From Octopus vulgaris (Eukaryota): a stretch of 64,000 nt of DNA. The stretch is from positions 76,384,001 to 76,448,000 of the forward strand of contig OX597825.1 in the NCBI GenBank assembly GCA_951406725.2, read 5' to 3'. The position numbers and the translations under genes are program-made. The notes beneath the pieces were generated by a model. The model ran no database searches, was not told where the DNA came from, and saw nothing but the letters and a program-made list of their open reading frames with translations. Of this stretch, positions 24,666-38,727 are shown piece by piece (the stretch's first letter is position 1; each line of letters opens with the position of its first letter).

Positions 24666-26390
24666 CTTAATCTTGATATTGATATTGATATTACTGTTAA
24701 TGCTGTGTTAATGTTAAGGTCATAGAGAGAATTACTTTAATTATTATGGCCAAAATTTCTCTACCACTGTCCTCAACATAGCCATTCCATAGCCATACTA
24801 ACACACACACAAAAAGGAAAACAGTGTGTAAATCAGAAAGCTGACAACAGGAAAATTTCTTAAATGATACATCATCATCATCATCATTATCAGCATCTTT
24901 AACCTTACAATCACCACCAGCACCACCACCATTACCACTGAAATAAAAGCATACACAAATACAAGCATACACATATATAAATATATACATGCGTATACAC
25001 ACAAATATCATGTATGTAAACATGCATGTACAAGTATACATCAACACATGTGTAAAATTACATGCATTCACACGTGTTACCACACATATGTATTTGTGTC
25101 TGTGTATACAGAAAAACTGAAATAGCATTAAAAGATATAACAATACTTGAAACAAACCCTTACCTTACATAACCTGTACAGCTCTCACCAGCCACTTGTC
25201 AGTCCCTAGTTTCTGCATTGACCACAAGGTAAGAGACTGGAGACCCTGTCAAAGGCATTCTCCATTTCAATAAAAGCCAAGTACAGAGGTTTATCTTTGG
25301 CTAGGTATTTCTCCGGCAGTTGTATTACCAGAAATATGGCATTAATGGTGTTTCTGCCTGGCACAAAACCAAACTGCATCTCATCTAGACAAACTCTCTA
25401 CTTAACTGGTTAGGCTGTGATCTCCTCTGTGACTTTTGTCACCTGATCCAACAACTTGATACCTCTGTAATTATTTCTAAGGTGTCACCTTTACATTTGT
25501 AGCAGTTGACTATGGTGCTGCTACACAAGTCATCGGGTATGACAAACAAAGGGATTAAGTCGATTACATCTACCCCAGTTTGTAACTGGTACTTATTTAA
25601 TCAACCCTGAAAGAATGAAAGGCAAAGTCAACCTCGGCGGAATTTGAACTCAGAACGTAATGGCTGACAAAATACCTATTTCTTTACTACCCACAAGGAG
25701 CTAAACACAGAGAGGACAAACAAGGACAGACAAACAGATTAAGTCGATTACATCGACTCCAGTGCATAACTGGTACTTAATTTATCGACCTCGAAAAGAT
25801 GAAAGGCAAAGTTGACCTCAGTGAATCTGAACTGAGAATGTAACGGCAGACAAAATAGTTCTAAGCATTTTGCCCACTGTGCTAATAATTCTGCCAGCTC
25901 ACTTGCCCTTCTTAATCTTAATATTGATATTGATATTACTGTTAATGCTGTGTTAATGTTAAGGTCATAGGGAGAATTACTTTAATTATTATGGCCAAAA
26001 TTTCTCTACCACTGTCCTCAACATAGCCATTCCATAGCCATACTAACACACACACACACACACACACAAAAAGGAAAACAGTGTGTAAATCAGAAAGCTG
26101 ACAACAGAAAAATAGAAAATTTCTTAAGTGATACATCATCATCATCATTATCAGCATCTTTAACCTTACAACCACAACCACCACCACCACCATTACCACT
26201 GAAATAAAAGCATACACATATATAAATATATACATGCGTATACACACAAATATCAGGTATGTAAACATGCATGTACATGTATACATCAACACATGTGTAA
26301 AATTACATGCATTCACATGTGTTACCACACATATGTATTTGTGTCTGTGTATATTGAAAAACTGAAATAGCATTAAAAGATATAACAATG
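24296..26390. repeat. Local duplication: 24296-25143 is repeated at 25541-26389, separated by an RTE piece duplicated from 28083-28728
   Basis: Near-identical sequence on direct comparison. Confidence 0.85.
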
Positions 26391-26644
26391 TGTTACAAAG
26401 GGCCACAAGTCCTATAAGTCAATAGATCAACCAGGTCCACAGTCAAGTGGGATGCAGTGTTCCCATTGAAAAAGCCATAGCCTAAGGTAAATAGGTGAAA
26501 TGTTCTGGGAGTGGTGCTAATATAACCCGAAGGTATGGAGGTCACTTGAAGCTAAGTTTATGGTCGTGTTTGTGTATGTACGCTTTTATTTTTGTTTATT
26601 TTCTTCATTTATCTCTTTTTGTATGTTTGTATATTGTATTTTAC

Positions 26645-28845
26645 ATTATCATCATCATTTAAGGTCTGTTGTTCATGTTGGCAGGGGTTGGACGGTTTGA
26701 CCAGGGCTGGTAATCTGAGGGGATGCACCAGACTCCAGTCTGATTTGGCATGATTTCTACAGTTGGATGCACTTCCTTACGCCAACAACTCTGAGAGTGA
26801 AATGGTCACTTTTAAGTGCCACCAGCACAGGTGCCAGTTGCATGACACCAGTATTTGCCATGCTAATGATTCCACTTGGTTTGATGGGTCTTCTTCTCAA
26901 GCAAAGCATATTGCCAAGGGTCTCAGTCATTTGTCATTGCCACTATGAGGCCCAGTACTTGAAAAGTGCTTTTTACATGCCACTGGTACAGGTGCTGGTT
27001 ATGCAACACCAGCATTGGCCAGAGTGCCTCCATGAGGGCCAGTGCTTAAACAGTGCTTTTACATTCCACCAGCATGAGTGCCAGTTATGTGACACCAACA
27101 TTGACCACATTGCCTGTGCATTGCTCAGTGCTTGACTGGTGCTTCTTAAGTGCCACTGGTACAGGTGCCATTTACATGACACTGGCATCATCCACATTGC
27201 CTCCATGAGGACCAATATGTGAATGGTGCTTTTTACATGCCACCAGCATGGGTGCCAATAAAGTGACGCCAACATCAGCCATGTCTATGGTTTCACTTGG
27301 CTTGCCTCTAATGCCCAAATTTTCTCTCAAGACACTTATACTCTGCTGCACCCTGACACTGCACATTCAGTGAAGCAAACTAGCTTCATTTCTTTCAAGC
27401 CTACGCATGTCCTTGGCAATTACAGCCCATATTTCCCTGTCATATTGTATAGCTATTCACACACAAGCATCTTATAGTGTGCTTTCACACAGATGGTGGG
27501 CCTCTTTGTAGTCAACAGAGGTAGGAGCTCTCTGAACTTGCCCAGCCTATTCTTATTCCTGCAGCTACGCTCTTGGAGCATGAACCTCTGCTACTGACTT
27601 GATCATCTAAATAACAGAAGCTATCAACCACCTCTAGCTTAGTTCCCTTGCAGTCGATGGAGTCTATTTTCTGTACATTTTTAGTGTTTATTGTACTTGT
27701 GCACCCTCCAACATCTCTTATGTGTCCATCACTTACATTGGGTACATCCTATGAAGTTTCTATCATTGCCTTTCCTACAGATTAAGCAGGGCCAACTGCC
27801 TGAAGTGATTTGTGATTTGTCTGCTTTCCTTCTTACTAAAACTTTGGTTTTTGCTAGGTTAACTCTAAGGCCCTTCAATTTCACACTTTGCTTCCACTCC
27901 TGAAATTCCTTATTTAGTTCTGGTAGTGATTCAGCTATAAGAACAAGGTCATCAGCACAGAAGAGCTCCCATGGCAGCTTGTCTTAAATTCCTCTGTTAT
28001 TGTCTGGAGGACTATGATAAACAAGAAGAGGCTGAAGACTGATCCTTCGTGAACCCTTACTTCTACCATGAATTCATCGCTATACTTGAAACAAACCCTT
28101 ACCTTACATAACCTGTACAGCTCTCACCAGCCACTCGTCAGTCCCTAGTTTCTGCATTGACCACAAGGTAAGAGACTGGAGACCCTGTCAAAGGCATTCT
28201 CCATTTCAATAAAAGCCAAGTACAGAGGTTTATCTTTGGCTAGGTATTTCTCCTGCAGCTGTATTACCAGAAATATAGCATTAATGGTGTTTCTTACTTC
28301 TTTATTGTCCACAAGGGGCTAAACATAGAGGGGACAAACAAGGACTGACAAAGGGATTAAGTCGATTACATCGACCCCAGTGCATAATTGGGACTTAATT
28401 TATCGACCCCAAAAGAATGAAAGGGTAAGTAGACCTCGGCAGAATTTGAACTCAGAACGTAACAGCAGACAAAATACTGCTAAGCATTTCGCCCGCCATG
28501 CTAATATTTCTGCCAGCTCGCCACCATTAATGGTGTTTCTGTATGGCACAAAACCAAACTGCATCTCATCTAGACAAACTCTCTACCTAACTGGTTGGGC
28601 TGTGATCCCCTCTGTGACTTTTGTCACCTGATCCAACAATTTGATACCTCTGTAATTATTTCTAAGGTGTCACTTTTACATTTGTAGCAGTTGACTATGG
28701 TGCTGCTACACCAGTCATTGGGTATGACTCCTTCGTGTACCACCTGATTAATTATACAGGTGACTAAATCATAACCCACGCTGCCAGATATTTTAAGCAT
28801 CGCAGTGGTGATTCCTGTTGAATTGGGACTTTCTCTGTCTTCATA
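26645..28845 (-). mobile_element. Old RTE LINE interrupted by a SINE
   Basis: Diverged homolog of 4743-6760 (RT and C-terminus) with a (CAT)n tail. Confidence 0.85.
28295..28524 (-). mobile_element. Full-length tRNA-derived SINE with 16-bp TSD
   Basis: TSD cattaatggtgtttct at 28279-28294 and 28525-28540; B box gagttcaaattc on the minus strand. Confidence 0.9.
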
Positions 28846-29774
28846 TCCTTCATGGTTTTCTCTACAACGCTTCTGTCTCTTCAGATTGCTAGTCCCTCTT
28901 TCAGATCAAAATTCGGTGGAATCTTCTTCTCCCATGAGTTCTCTACATTTGTCAGTAAATATGTATTGTGCATATATTTATGTATTGGTACATATCTGTT
29001 GATGGATAGTTGAGTGATTCAACTGATAGTCAGATTAATGGCTTGCTGTTTGGATGCGGGGTTTATAATAATTATGTAGGCGAATGTATATGTAAGTTTA
29101 TGCATATTTTTTGTATGCTTATATAGGTGCACATGTGCATGTATGTACACACACTTATATATATGTATGTATAAAAATATGTTTGTGAATACATGTATAC
29201 ATATATGTGCTTGTGTGTGGGTGTGGTTGTGACTGTATATATTTCGGTACGTATATGTATGTGAATATCTTTATATCTGCATGCATATATCGCATATATA
29301 TATATATATACACACACACAGTAATACCTCACTATACGAGGACTCATTTTACGAGACCCTGGGTTTATGAGTTTTATTTTTAGCTCACTTTTGTGTGGTG
29401 AGCTGAAATTTTTCAAGCACAAGATCCAGATGTTGAATGAAATGCAAATGTTTCTACTATCATAAAAAATGTTTCTGCGTGTTACCGAGAAATTTATAGA
29501 CAGCAAAAAAAAAAAAAAGCTTCTTCTCAGCAAACAACTCTAGACTTGTTTCTTAAAAAGAAATCTACAAGACTGTCTTGTGAATTAGCAATCATGTCTA
29601 CAAGTGATGGTATGCATGAGTCTAGTGAGAGTGAGAGTGATTCAGAAAACGATTATGATAAAAACTATTTTTTATTATAAATGATCTTGACATTCTTTTT
29701 ACTTAGCATAAAATATTCTTTACATTCTGCTATTGTTTTATTGCCATTTATTTATGAGTATTATAAATACTTTT

Positions 29775-29935
29775 TTACCAACAGTGGTAGGAGCTCTCTG
29801 GACTTTGCCAAGCCTATTCTTATTCTATCAGCTACACTCTTGGAGCATCCACCTCCACTACTGAGTTGGTCACCTAGGTAATGGAAGCTATCAACTACTT
29901 TTAGTTTTCCCACCTGGCATTTCATGGAGTCTATT
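29775..29935 (-). mobile_element. RTE fragment
   Basis: KLKVVDSFHYLGDQLSSGGGC...RELLPLL. Confidence 0.8.
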
Positions 29936-30899
29936 CCATTTAGCTTAGTTTTGGCAAATACTTTGCAATGTGTACTTCTTAAAATGCCCCTATGCCTCTT
30001 GTCAGTTATCACCTGTTAATTCCATTTCCCAGGGTAATCCAATAGTACGAGTATACACATGGAACTCCTTTCAGCTTAGGATAAATATAATAAAAGCAAC
30101 AATAAAACGTGGATAGAAATCCACAGGTTTCATTAATGTCTCACAACATATGTTTCTACTCTGCACACCATCATTAGGTAACAATTTTCCATATTCATAT
30201 CATTTTTACTTAAGTTTGCTCTTAATAATTATAAATTCGAATGTTTTCTTAGTTCCAGTGCGGATGCTTCCTCAGCCATTGCATTGATAAGTTTCTGCAT
30301 GCCAGATTAACTGACCTTAAGGACACTGCTTTACACCAATCAAATAACTTGATTCCATTGGTGAATGTGACTTACGACTAACCACAGAGAAACAAAAAAC
30401 AAATAAGTAAAAGAGCCAGACCTCCTAATCAACTGATGGGTGTTGCTTATGAAGAAAAAAAAACTTTAGGTCATTTCAACATTTTCCATTCAAAAATAAT
30501 GAAAAGGACAGAAAGGATAATAGCCATGCAAATTAAGTGCAAAGTCTTCTAGTACATTTCCTGGTTATCTAGTCTTCTTTAGACTAAAATGGAGATAATG
30601 ATGATCCATTGGCTGTTATAACATCTTTGTTTTCCTCTTCTCCTCTAGACCAAGGGAAAGTAAATCTTTCAATGACATCTTTTGACGCTTGCTTAAATAT
30701 TATAGTTTTTTATGTTCTGCAATGCCCTGCTGAGCTAGATTGTATACATATTTTAATTATTACTTGCTGGATTTCCACCTACTAATCTCTTAAAGAGATG
30801 CGCTGTTCATTTTTAGGAATGTACCCTCCCTATTTACTAACTAATACTTTCTGGTTTAGCTGAACTTTATATATACGTGTGTGTGTATATATATATATA

Positions 30900-31929
30900 T
30901 GCTGGTGACAAAGGGCTTCTTGCACAGAGTAAAAGGTAGACTGTATGATGCATGTGTACAAACAGCCATGCTACATGACAGTGAAACATGGGCTGTGACT
31001 GCTGAGGACATGCGTAAGCTTGCAAGGAATGAAGTCAGTATGCTCCAATGGATGTGTAAAGTCAGAGTGCATACTTGACAGAGTGTAAGTACCTTGAGAG
31101 AAAAGTTGGACCTAAGAAGCATCAGATGTGGTGTGCAAGAGAAACGATTGTGCTGGTATGGTCATGTGGTGAAAATGGATATGAGGATAGCTGTGTGAAA
31201 AAGTGCCACGCACTAGCAGTGGAGGGAATCTGTGGAAGAGGTAGACCCAGGAAAACCTGGGATGAGGTGGTGAAGCATGATTTTCAAACATTAGGCTTCA
31301 CTGAGGCAATGACTAGTGACTGGGACATTTGGAAATATGCTGTGCTTGAGAAAACCCAGCAAGCCAAGTGAGACCATAACCTCATGGCCTATGCCAGTGG
31401 TGTAACCAGCCCATTTATGTGTACCTTTCCTTCAGTGGACACTAAACTCTGCTTGCGAAGACTTTTTGAGGCAAGTGAAATCGAAATCGAAATCGAGTTC
31501 GATGAGTGGCATCCATGCTCGTGGAGCACTAAGGGCACCATCAGAGTATGATCGTTGCCAGAGCAGAAAACTGGCTTCCGTGCTGGTGACATGTAAACAG
31601 CACCATTTGAGTGTGATCGTCACCAGCGTTGCCTTACTGCCACTTGTGCTGGTGGCATGGGGAAAATATTCGAGCAAGGTCGTTGCCAGTGCCGCTGGAC
31701 TGGCTCCTGTGCGGGTGGCACATAAAGAACACCATTTGAGTGTGGCCATTGCCAGTACTGCCTAACTGGCCCTCATGCTGGTGGTATGTAAAAGCACCCA
31801 CTACACTCTCGGAGTGGTTAGCATTAGGAAGGGCATCCAGCTGTAGAAACTCTGCCAGATCAGATTGGAGCCTGATGCAGCCATCTGGTTCACCAGTCCT
31901 CAGTCAAATCATCCAACCCATGCTAGCAT
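30900..31929 (+). mobile_element. 5'-truncated RTE LINE
   Basis: RLYDACVQTAMLH...GRPRKTW and the 3' UTR repeats. Confidence 0.9.
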
Positions 31930-32329
31930 TACCTCTGAAATTGGTTTAGAAGCTTTCTATCCACAATGTTCCATTATATAGTACTCAAGCTTAGAAAGAG
32001 ATACTGAAACTGGTAACTTCACAGATTGAGTAATTCCATATTCCTATTCAGAACTGTACATATTTCGGAGAGTAATTAATAACATTGATGATGAAGAGGT
32101 GAGTGGATATTCTATTCATGTCCGAAACTTCTTTATTTAAAAGTTTTCTACAGCATATATCTGATCTACATATATTTCGACTGCAGTGACTGCACATTGC
32201 TTTGTATGCAAATTTGCATTCTAGTAATTGCAATTTCACTAAGGGCCTGTCACTCATGACGTTTTCCAAGTGAACTGATTCAGATAAGCATCTTGCGTTG
32301 GTATTCAGTTGAAGATAATAGTGTTATCA

Positions 32330-32362
<33 letters not shown>

Positions 32363-32486
32363 GCAAATAAGAAAATGGAGAGGATAAACAATCGACATAC
32401 ATCAGCCAGTAAACATTCATTATATCTATCTATTAATTGATTACAAACATATGTGTGAGTGATCCAAGTAACCAAATAAAATAAGC

Positions 32487-32522
<36 letters not shown>

Positions 32523-32524
<2 letters not shown>

Positions 32525-32922
32525 TCTTTTATTTGTTTCAGTCATTTGACTGCGGCCATGCTGGAGCACCACCTTTAGTCGAGCAAATCGACCCCGGGAC
32601 TTATTCTTTGTAAGCCCAGTACTTATTCTATTGTTCTTTTGCCAAACCGCTAAGTGACGGGGACATAAACACACCAGCATTGGTTGTCAAGCAATGCTAG
32701 GGGGACAAACACAGACACACAAACGCATACACACACATACTTATATATATATATACATATATACGACAGGCTTCTTTCAGTTTCCGTCTACCAAATCCAC
32801 TCACAAGGCATTGGTCAGCCCGGGGCTATAGCAGAAGACACTTGCCCAAGGTGCCAGGCAGTGGGACTGAACCCGGAACCATGTGGTTGGTAAGCAAGCT
32901 ACTTACCACACAGCCACTCCTG
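32523..32922 (-). mobile_element. Complete SINE with internal microsatellite
   Basis: Head (32765-32922) and tail (32523-32730) are both repeated elsewhere in the window. Confidence 0.8.
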
Positions 32923-34027
32923 CCATATAGAAAGAAATGAATAATAATAGATGAGTGTACAAATACTAAACTCTTACAGCCATTTCTACCATGAGGCTGC
33001 CAAATCTCCCAAGTTATCCTCATCACGTCAGTGATATACAGGGATGAACAAACATTGGACAGGGATTGGACAATAGTTGAGCCCCAAGGCTTCTTCAGAG
33101 AGTCCACATGTTAGAAAACTAACATGTGGGAAAGTAAATTAAAATAATAGAGTGAGATGAAATAAAAATAATGGAATAGAAGGGAATGGTAAGAACTTCA
33201 TTTTAAGGTGCTATTATAATCCTTGGTATTACATCTTATGGTAAATAAATAAAGTCACTCTCAGGAGAAATTTCCACAGGCTGCAGTTTACATCATGTTT
33301 ACATTATACTGGGGGAAATAGCGAGGGTAATATGTTGTGTGGTGAGTTTAATGGTATGGTCCATGTCACAAGGGTCAGAAGTTACAGGCTAACTGCTATT
33401 TAATAGATATAGCATTATAAAAGGAGTTGGCAGAAATAACTGAAATTGAATCTGTTAGGGGAGATTTAATACATAAGTATATCAATGCAAAAAAGTTAGG
33501 TAAAACCTTAATGCAATGTTACTATTTGTTACTTATTGAGAGAAACCTAATCCTAATACCCCTAAGTGTAGTAGGGTGAAGTCAAACTCAACCCTACAAC
33601 TTAATTGGTCAATTCTTGCAGATAATTAGACCCAGATAAGTGAGGAAAACTGCTCTTAGCTATTCAGACATGTACTTGATATAAAAAATACTGTCTATAA
33701 TATTTATAAAATGCAGATTCCAGGATAGGTGAATAGAATATAAGTGAGTAACAAAGAGGTAAGGTGTCAATCCATTACAGCCATTTCCATTGATTCCTTT
33801 AATTGTTTAATGAAAGCATTACATCATTAAAAAGAAACCGTTTTGTCAGATGTATTCATGAACTTCAAACATAAAGGACAATTCAACTGATTTAACAAAA
33901 TATTTGCATTGATTCTGCTACAACTGAATAGTAGCAGAATCAACATAAATATTTCTATTCTCTGGATTTGTAACTATGTTAAATCAGTCGAATTTATGTC
34001 CGAAGATCATGAATTCATCTCTCTCTC

Positions 34028-34063
<36 letters not shown>

Positions 34064-34354
34064 CATGTAGTGAAAAAGATTTCAGTAAATGTAAGGAGAA
34101 AAGGAAGTTGATAATTTGGATGTCTCTTAGGAAAGATGTGTAATAACAAAATAACTTTAGTAGTTTAAATGATCTGAAAGAAAAAGAAGTAAAGATAGAT
34201 ATAGAAATTGAAATCTATTTCAAGTTTTTATAATATCTATTTATTTATTTTTGGTGGAAAGAGCTTTATGATCTTTCAAAGCAACTAAAACTAGTGGAAG
34301 AAAGGGAAAAATATTTATTGTTAGACCAGATACCTTGACCAAACTCCTACCAGC

Positions 34355-34500
34355 AGAGTGGACTATGCTAGAGGTACTCAAAGACCAAGTGGTGATATTT
34401 ATTTGCAATAAAGTGGATTATTATTAAAGATACCAAGGGACTAGTGGGTCATGTTTGCTTGTAATAGAGTGAACTCTGCTAAAGGTACCCAAGAATCATT
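34355..34500. repeat. Degenerate 55-56 bp tandem repeat (~2.6 copies)
   Basis: agagtggactatgctagaggtact / aaagtggattattattaaagatacc / agagtgaactctgctaaaggtacc. Confidence 0.55.
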
Positions 34501-36024
34501 AAAATGAGAGAAAGGTTTACTCAGAAACAAAAGTGCTCTCTCTGATGGGTTTAAACTCAGTTTCTTTCTATGAAATTTTGTCCAAGATTAGTCCTCATCA
34601 GGTTAGAATAAAGAAATATTTGTACAGGGTACTGCAAAATGAGATTGTACACAAAACCATATACTTTAAAATAAGCTTCTCAATCACATAGCCATACTTG
34701 CCTTCAGACTAAATACTTTAAATAAACTCAAATCTTTGTAATCCTTATATGTGTAATCAAGTCCTTAATTCATTATCAGAGTTTATAATTAGTTTACAGT
34801 ATTTCATTATGACATAGAAATAAAGCAGAGCTGTCATTGGCAAGTGAATATGACCTGGTAACATGTAACATACTTTTGCCATTTGTTTCAGATTTTTATG
34901 TATGCACAGGTAAACATAGACACCCTGTGAAACCTCCTGTCCTTAATACATTGTAGCAACATAAATGTGACAGCTAGAGAGAAAGAAGGTTGCCCCAATG
35001 CTACGCTCCAGTGAACTCAGCTGGAAAAAAGTACCAGTTATAAACTCATACCTATTTTCATCTGAATAGCCTGGAGTGACATGAAATGAAGCATGAAATG
35101 ATATAATGCATTCTCCAATCGAGGAATTGAACCTATAAACTTATGATTATTAACCCAACATCCTGCTCCTTATTAGGTCATGTGACTTTACAATGAAGAA
35201 ATCATATAATATTGATTTGTTATAATAAAATTAAACTGATTTTAGTTCAATAAATTTAAAAGGAAGTTTTTTTAAAGTAATTGTGATTTGGTGCAAGGTT
35301 TGTAATTTTAGAAACAAAACTATATATATATACTAGTATATGTGTTGATATATTATATATGCTTATGAGAGAGATAGTGAGTTTACAAATGTATGAATTA
35401 ACACTTTTTTAGTTCTTTCAAATAATTTCTTCCCATAACCTAATAATAATTTATGCAAATTTTCTTTAAATTTTTTGTTTTCCTTCTATCTTACTTGCCA
35501 TAAGTTTTCTTCCCTCTTCCCTTCTTTCCTTTCTTTAAATTCATTTTTTTATATTTACAATTTGCCCCTTACTCTCTCTCCCTTTTTCTTTTACTTTGCT
35601 TTATCTTCCCTTTCTTTCCCCCTCCCTATCTTTCTATACATCTCCTTCTCTCACAATATCTAGTTTGTCCCAATAACCCCATTTTAAATTCTTAGCGTCC
35701 ACTGTTTGTAGGTAAATATTTTGTGAATAAACAATAATCTGTATGTGTTTAAATAAGTGTGTGTATGTGTATACAATTATGTGTTTGGGTCAATCAGTGT
35801 TTTGGGATGTGTATGCTCTTGTGTTTGTATATAATTGTTTGTTTATGTGTATAAGTATGTGATTGTAAACATATATTTTAGCGTAAGTATGATTCTATGT
35901 CATTGCTGCAAGAATAAGTAAGAATATATGTGTAGAGATACACATGCATATGTTTGCAAGTATATCCCAGCATAAGTATGTATTTATTTGAATATATATG
36001 TATGTCTGTTTGCCTGTATCTATA

Positions 36025-36340
36025 TTCTTTTACTTGTTTCAATCATTTATATATGGCCATTCTGGACCTCAGGACTTGTTCTTTGTAAGCCTAGTACTTA
36101 TTTTATTGGTTTCTTTTGCTGAACCACTAGATGATAGGGACATAAACACACCAACATCAGTTGTCAAGCGATGCTAGAGAGACAAACAGAGACACAAACA
36201 ACAAATCCATACACATATATATATATGATGGGCTTCTTTCAGTTTCCTTCTACCAAATCCACTCATAAGGTTTTGGTTGGCTTGAAGCTATAATAGAAGA
36301 CATTCACCCAAGGTGCCATGTAGTGGGACTGAACCCAGAA
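36025..36340 (-). mobile_element. Truncated SINE (family of 32523-32922)
   Basis: Direct similarity. Confidence 0.7.
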
Positions 36341-36399
36341 ATATGTATGTATTTATGTATATGTTTATATATAAAAAGTATATAAAACATATATAAATA

Positions 36400-36615
<216 letters not shown>

Positions 36616-36622
36616 TTTGTGT

Positions 36623-36880
36623 GGAGGCGCAATGGCCTAGTGGTTAAGGCAGCAGACTCGCGGTCGTAGGATCGCGGTTTCGATTCCCAGACCGGGCGTT
36701 GTGAGTGTTTATTGAGCAAAAACACCTAAAAGCTCCACGAGGCTCCGGAAGGGGGTGGTGATCCCTGCTGTACTCTTTCACCACTCTTTCTTCTGTTGGC
36801 CTGCTCGCTTAGCCAGCGGGGGTGGCGTCATTCAAAGGCCAAAACAATGCGAACGCATTGTGACCAGCGATGGACTGGTC
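36623..36880 (+). mobile_element. Young CpG-rich tRNA-derived SINE
   Basis: tggcctagtggttaagg (A box), gactcgcgg (anticodon-like arm), ggtttcgattccc (B box), then a non-tRNA body. Confidence 0.75.
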
Positions 36881-36919
36881 GGTCATGTGATGATGATATG
36901 TATTTGTATATACATATAC

Positions 36920-37105
36920 CCACTGACTGGCCCCCTTGCCAGTGGCACGTAAAAAGCACTATGTGAATCTGATCGATGCCAGACCTGCCTGACTGGCTCC
37001 TGTGCTGGTGGCACATAAAAAGCACCTACTACACTCTGGGAGTGGCTGGCATTAAGAAGGGCATCCAGCTGTAGAAACATTGCCAGATCAGATTGGAGCC
37101 TGGTG
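36920..37105 (+). mobile_element. RTE 3' UTR fragment
   Basis: ggcacataaaaagcacc...aagggcatccagctgtagaaac. Confidence 0.8.
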
Positions 37106-37293
37106 TATGTGTCTGTATTTTAATGCATGTGTATGTGTTTGTATACATTTGTTTTTGTAAGTATATAGTGTTTATATATACATGTCACATATTTGAGTTG
37201 GTGAATGCATGTGTGCATATGAATATAAATGCGTTATAATTTATAAAACTTTCTATTTCTGTTAACATGTCTGTTTGTCGAGTTTGTTATAAC

Positions 37294-37378
37294 CTTCCTG
37301 ACAAGACTGATGCATTGCTGACCATAATTTATCCTGTCAGACAGTTTTGGAGTGCATCCATCGAAACATATGTAGAAG
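37294..37378 (+). ncRNA. Hammerhead ribozyme motif with extended stem II (G8A variant)
   Basis: cttc CTGACaA ga..gatgcat...ctgac..gtcag...gtgcatc..tc GAAA catatg TA gaag; perfect 4-bp stem I. Confidence 0.65.
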
Positions 37379-37915
37379 ACTTCAAGATATAATTGGATTA
37401 ACACCATCCTGAGCGTTTGTCACCTTATTCAATTTTCCTATTTTCTGCTAAATACGACTTACTATCCTGAAATTAATCCTGGATTTTTCCTATAAATTGT
37501 AAACTCTCTCTGTATATATCCTGTTAGAGAATGTTCTGTGATCCTTCAGTGTCACCAGAAATTATGCAAAGAAGTTGTCTTTAAACAGGAAGACCAAGCT
37601 CAAATGATTACCACACAGTGAATTCTGCAAAATTTCTCCAAGAGCCAGGTGATAGCATTAAACCATTTTCTACCATATTTCTGTTGAAATACATTGCTTT
37701 TGTCTATTACTTTTGAAAATAATGAAGAATTTAGTAAAATAACTGTGTCGTTATTAAGCTGTTATTTGGAACATAAATTGACATGAAAGTTTGATGTAAG
37801 GTTTCCATTTGGATTATTTTAAAACAGGAAGCTTGTATTATACAACCAGGTGCAGTTTCAGGTAGTTTAGTATGAAAAAAATTAAACCAAAAACAGGAGC
37901 AGAAATAGACTCTAC

Positions 37916-38013
37916 AAAATCTTTATATATGAAATTCCACTCCATAGTCTTTGGTTGACGTGAGACTATTGTACAAAGACAATAATCCAAGGTGTCATAC
38001 AATAGAAACTGAC
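37916..38013 (-). CDS. Candidate second coding exon, SQFLLYDTLDYCLCTIVSRQPKTMEWNFIYKDF (3' boundary uncertain)
   Basis: Acceptor tttgtttccag| is in phase with the preceding exon; the donor gtagag is weak. Confidence 0.4.
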
Positions 38014-38094
38014 CTGGAAACAAACTGCTTGATCGTACACAGCCATACTCAGTGATTTCATAAATAAATAATAAATATAACAAAAAGAACTTAC

Positions 38095-38149
38095 TTGCAA
38101 AATGAAGACAGATGAAGACAAAAATACACCAACAGGAATTAAGTAACAT
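38095..38149 (-). CDS. Candidate first coding exon encoding a signal-peptide-like MLLNSCWCIFVFICLHFA
   Basis: ccaccATG context, hydrophobic 18 aa, phase-1 consensus donor gtaagt, 81-nt intron to the next acceptor. Confidence 0.55.
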
Positions 38150-38685
38150 GGTGGTAGATGGAATGAAGTAAATCTTCTTGACAAATACTAATTTTCCTTT
38201 TTGTTTTTGTTTTTTAAGATCTTTTGTAAATGAAGTTGATTGGAATTTCTATATGAAATGTTCTTAGAGATGAGTGTCATTGATTTCTGTACTTTCGTCT
38301 GTTTGACTGTATTTACAAACTGTAAAGGAGACAAAAATAAGGAATAGTCTTTCATCAGTTAAAATAATACATAATGTTTTGCAATTCTTAGTATTTTGAA
38401 TGATCGTGTGTTTAAGGGGGGAGGGTGGCACAAAATTACAAGTTCAAAGGAGGTAGAAGGATTTTGAAGAAATGCATCCCAGCTATTGCAATATATTTGG
38501 CAGTTATTACAGAAGTTTTAAAATCTGAATAATTGATGCATATACACATAAGATGTGGGTCTGAGACCCAAAGGCAGCCATCAAACTTTTTTATTCAAGG
38601 GGTCTGTTAACCCAATATTTACATGCTATTATCTATAGCTGTCATCTGCTTTAAGTTTTACCCTTCCAAAAAGAGAGCATGTATG

Positions 38686-38727
<42 letters not shown>

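Noticed and set aside
30140-30290. Minus-strand CTGAGGA...GAAA catatg TT hammerhead-like motif with long insert
   Set aside because: Stem I does not pair and stem II is poor; at best a heavily decayed copy.
32052-32098. Possible plus-strand micro-exon ending GAG|gtgagt
   Set aside because: Isolated, and overlaps what looks like a decayed repeat.
32160-32250. Minus-strand gtc GAAA tatatg TA half-hammerhead
   Set aside because: The CUGANGA box is too degenerate to support a call.
36623-36700. tRNA gene
   Set aside because: No proper acceptor stem, and the sequence continues into a SINE body.
38285-38362. Minus-strand CTGATGA...GAAA
   Set aside because: No UH cleavage triplet or consistent stems.
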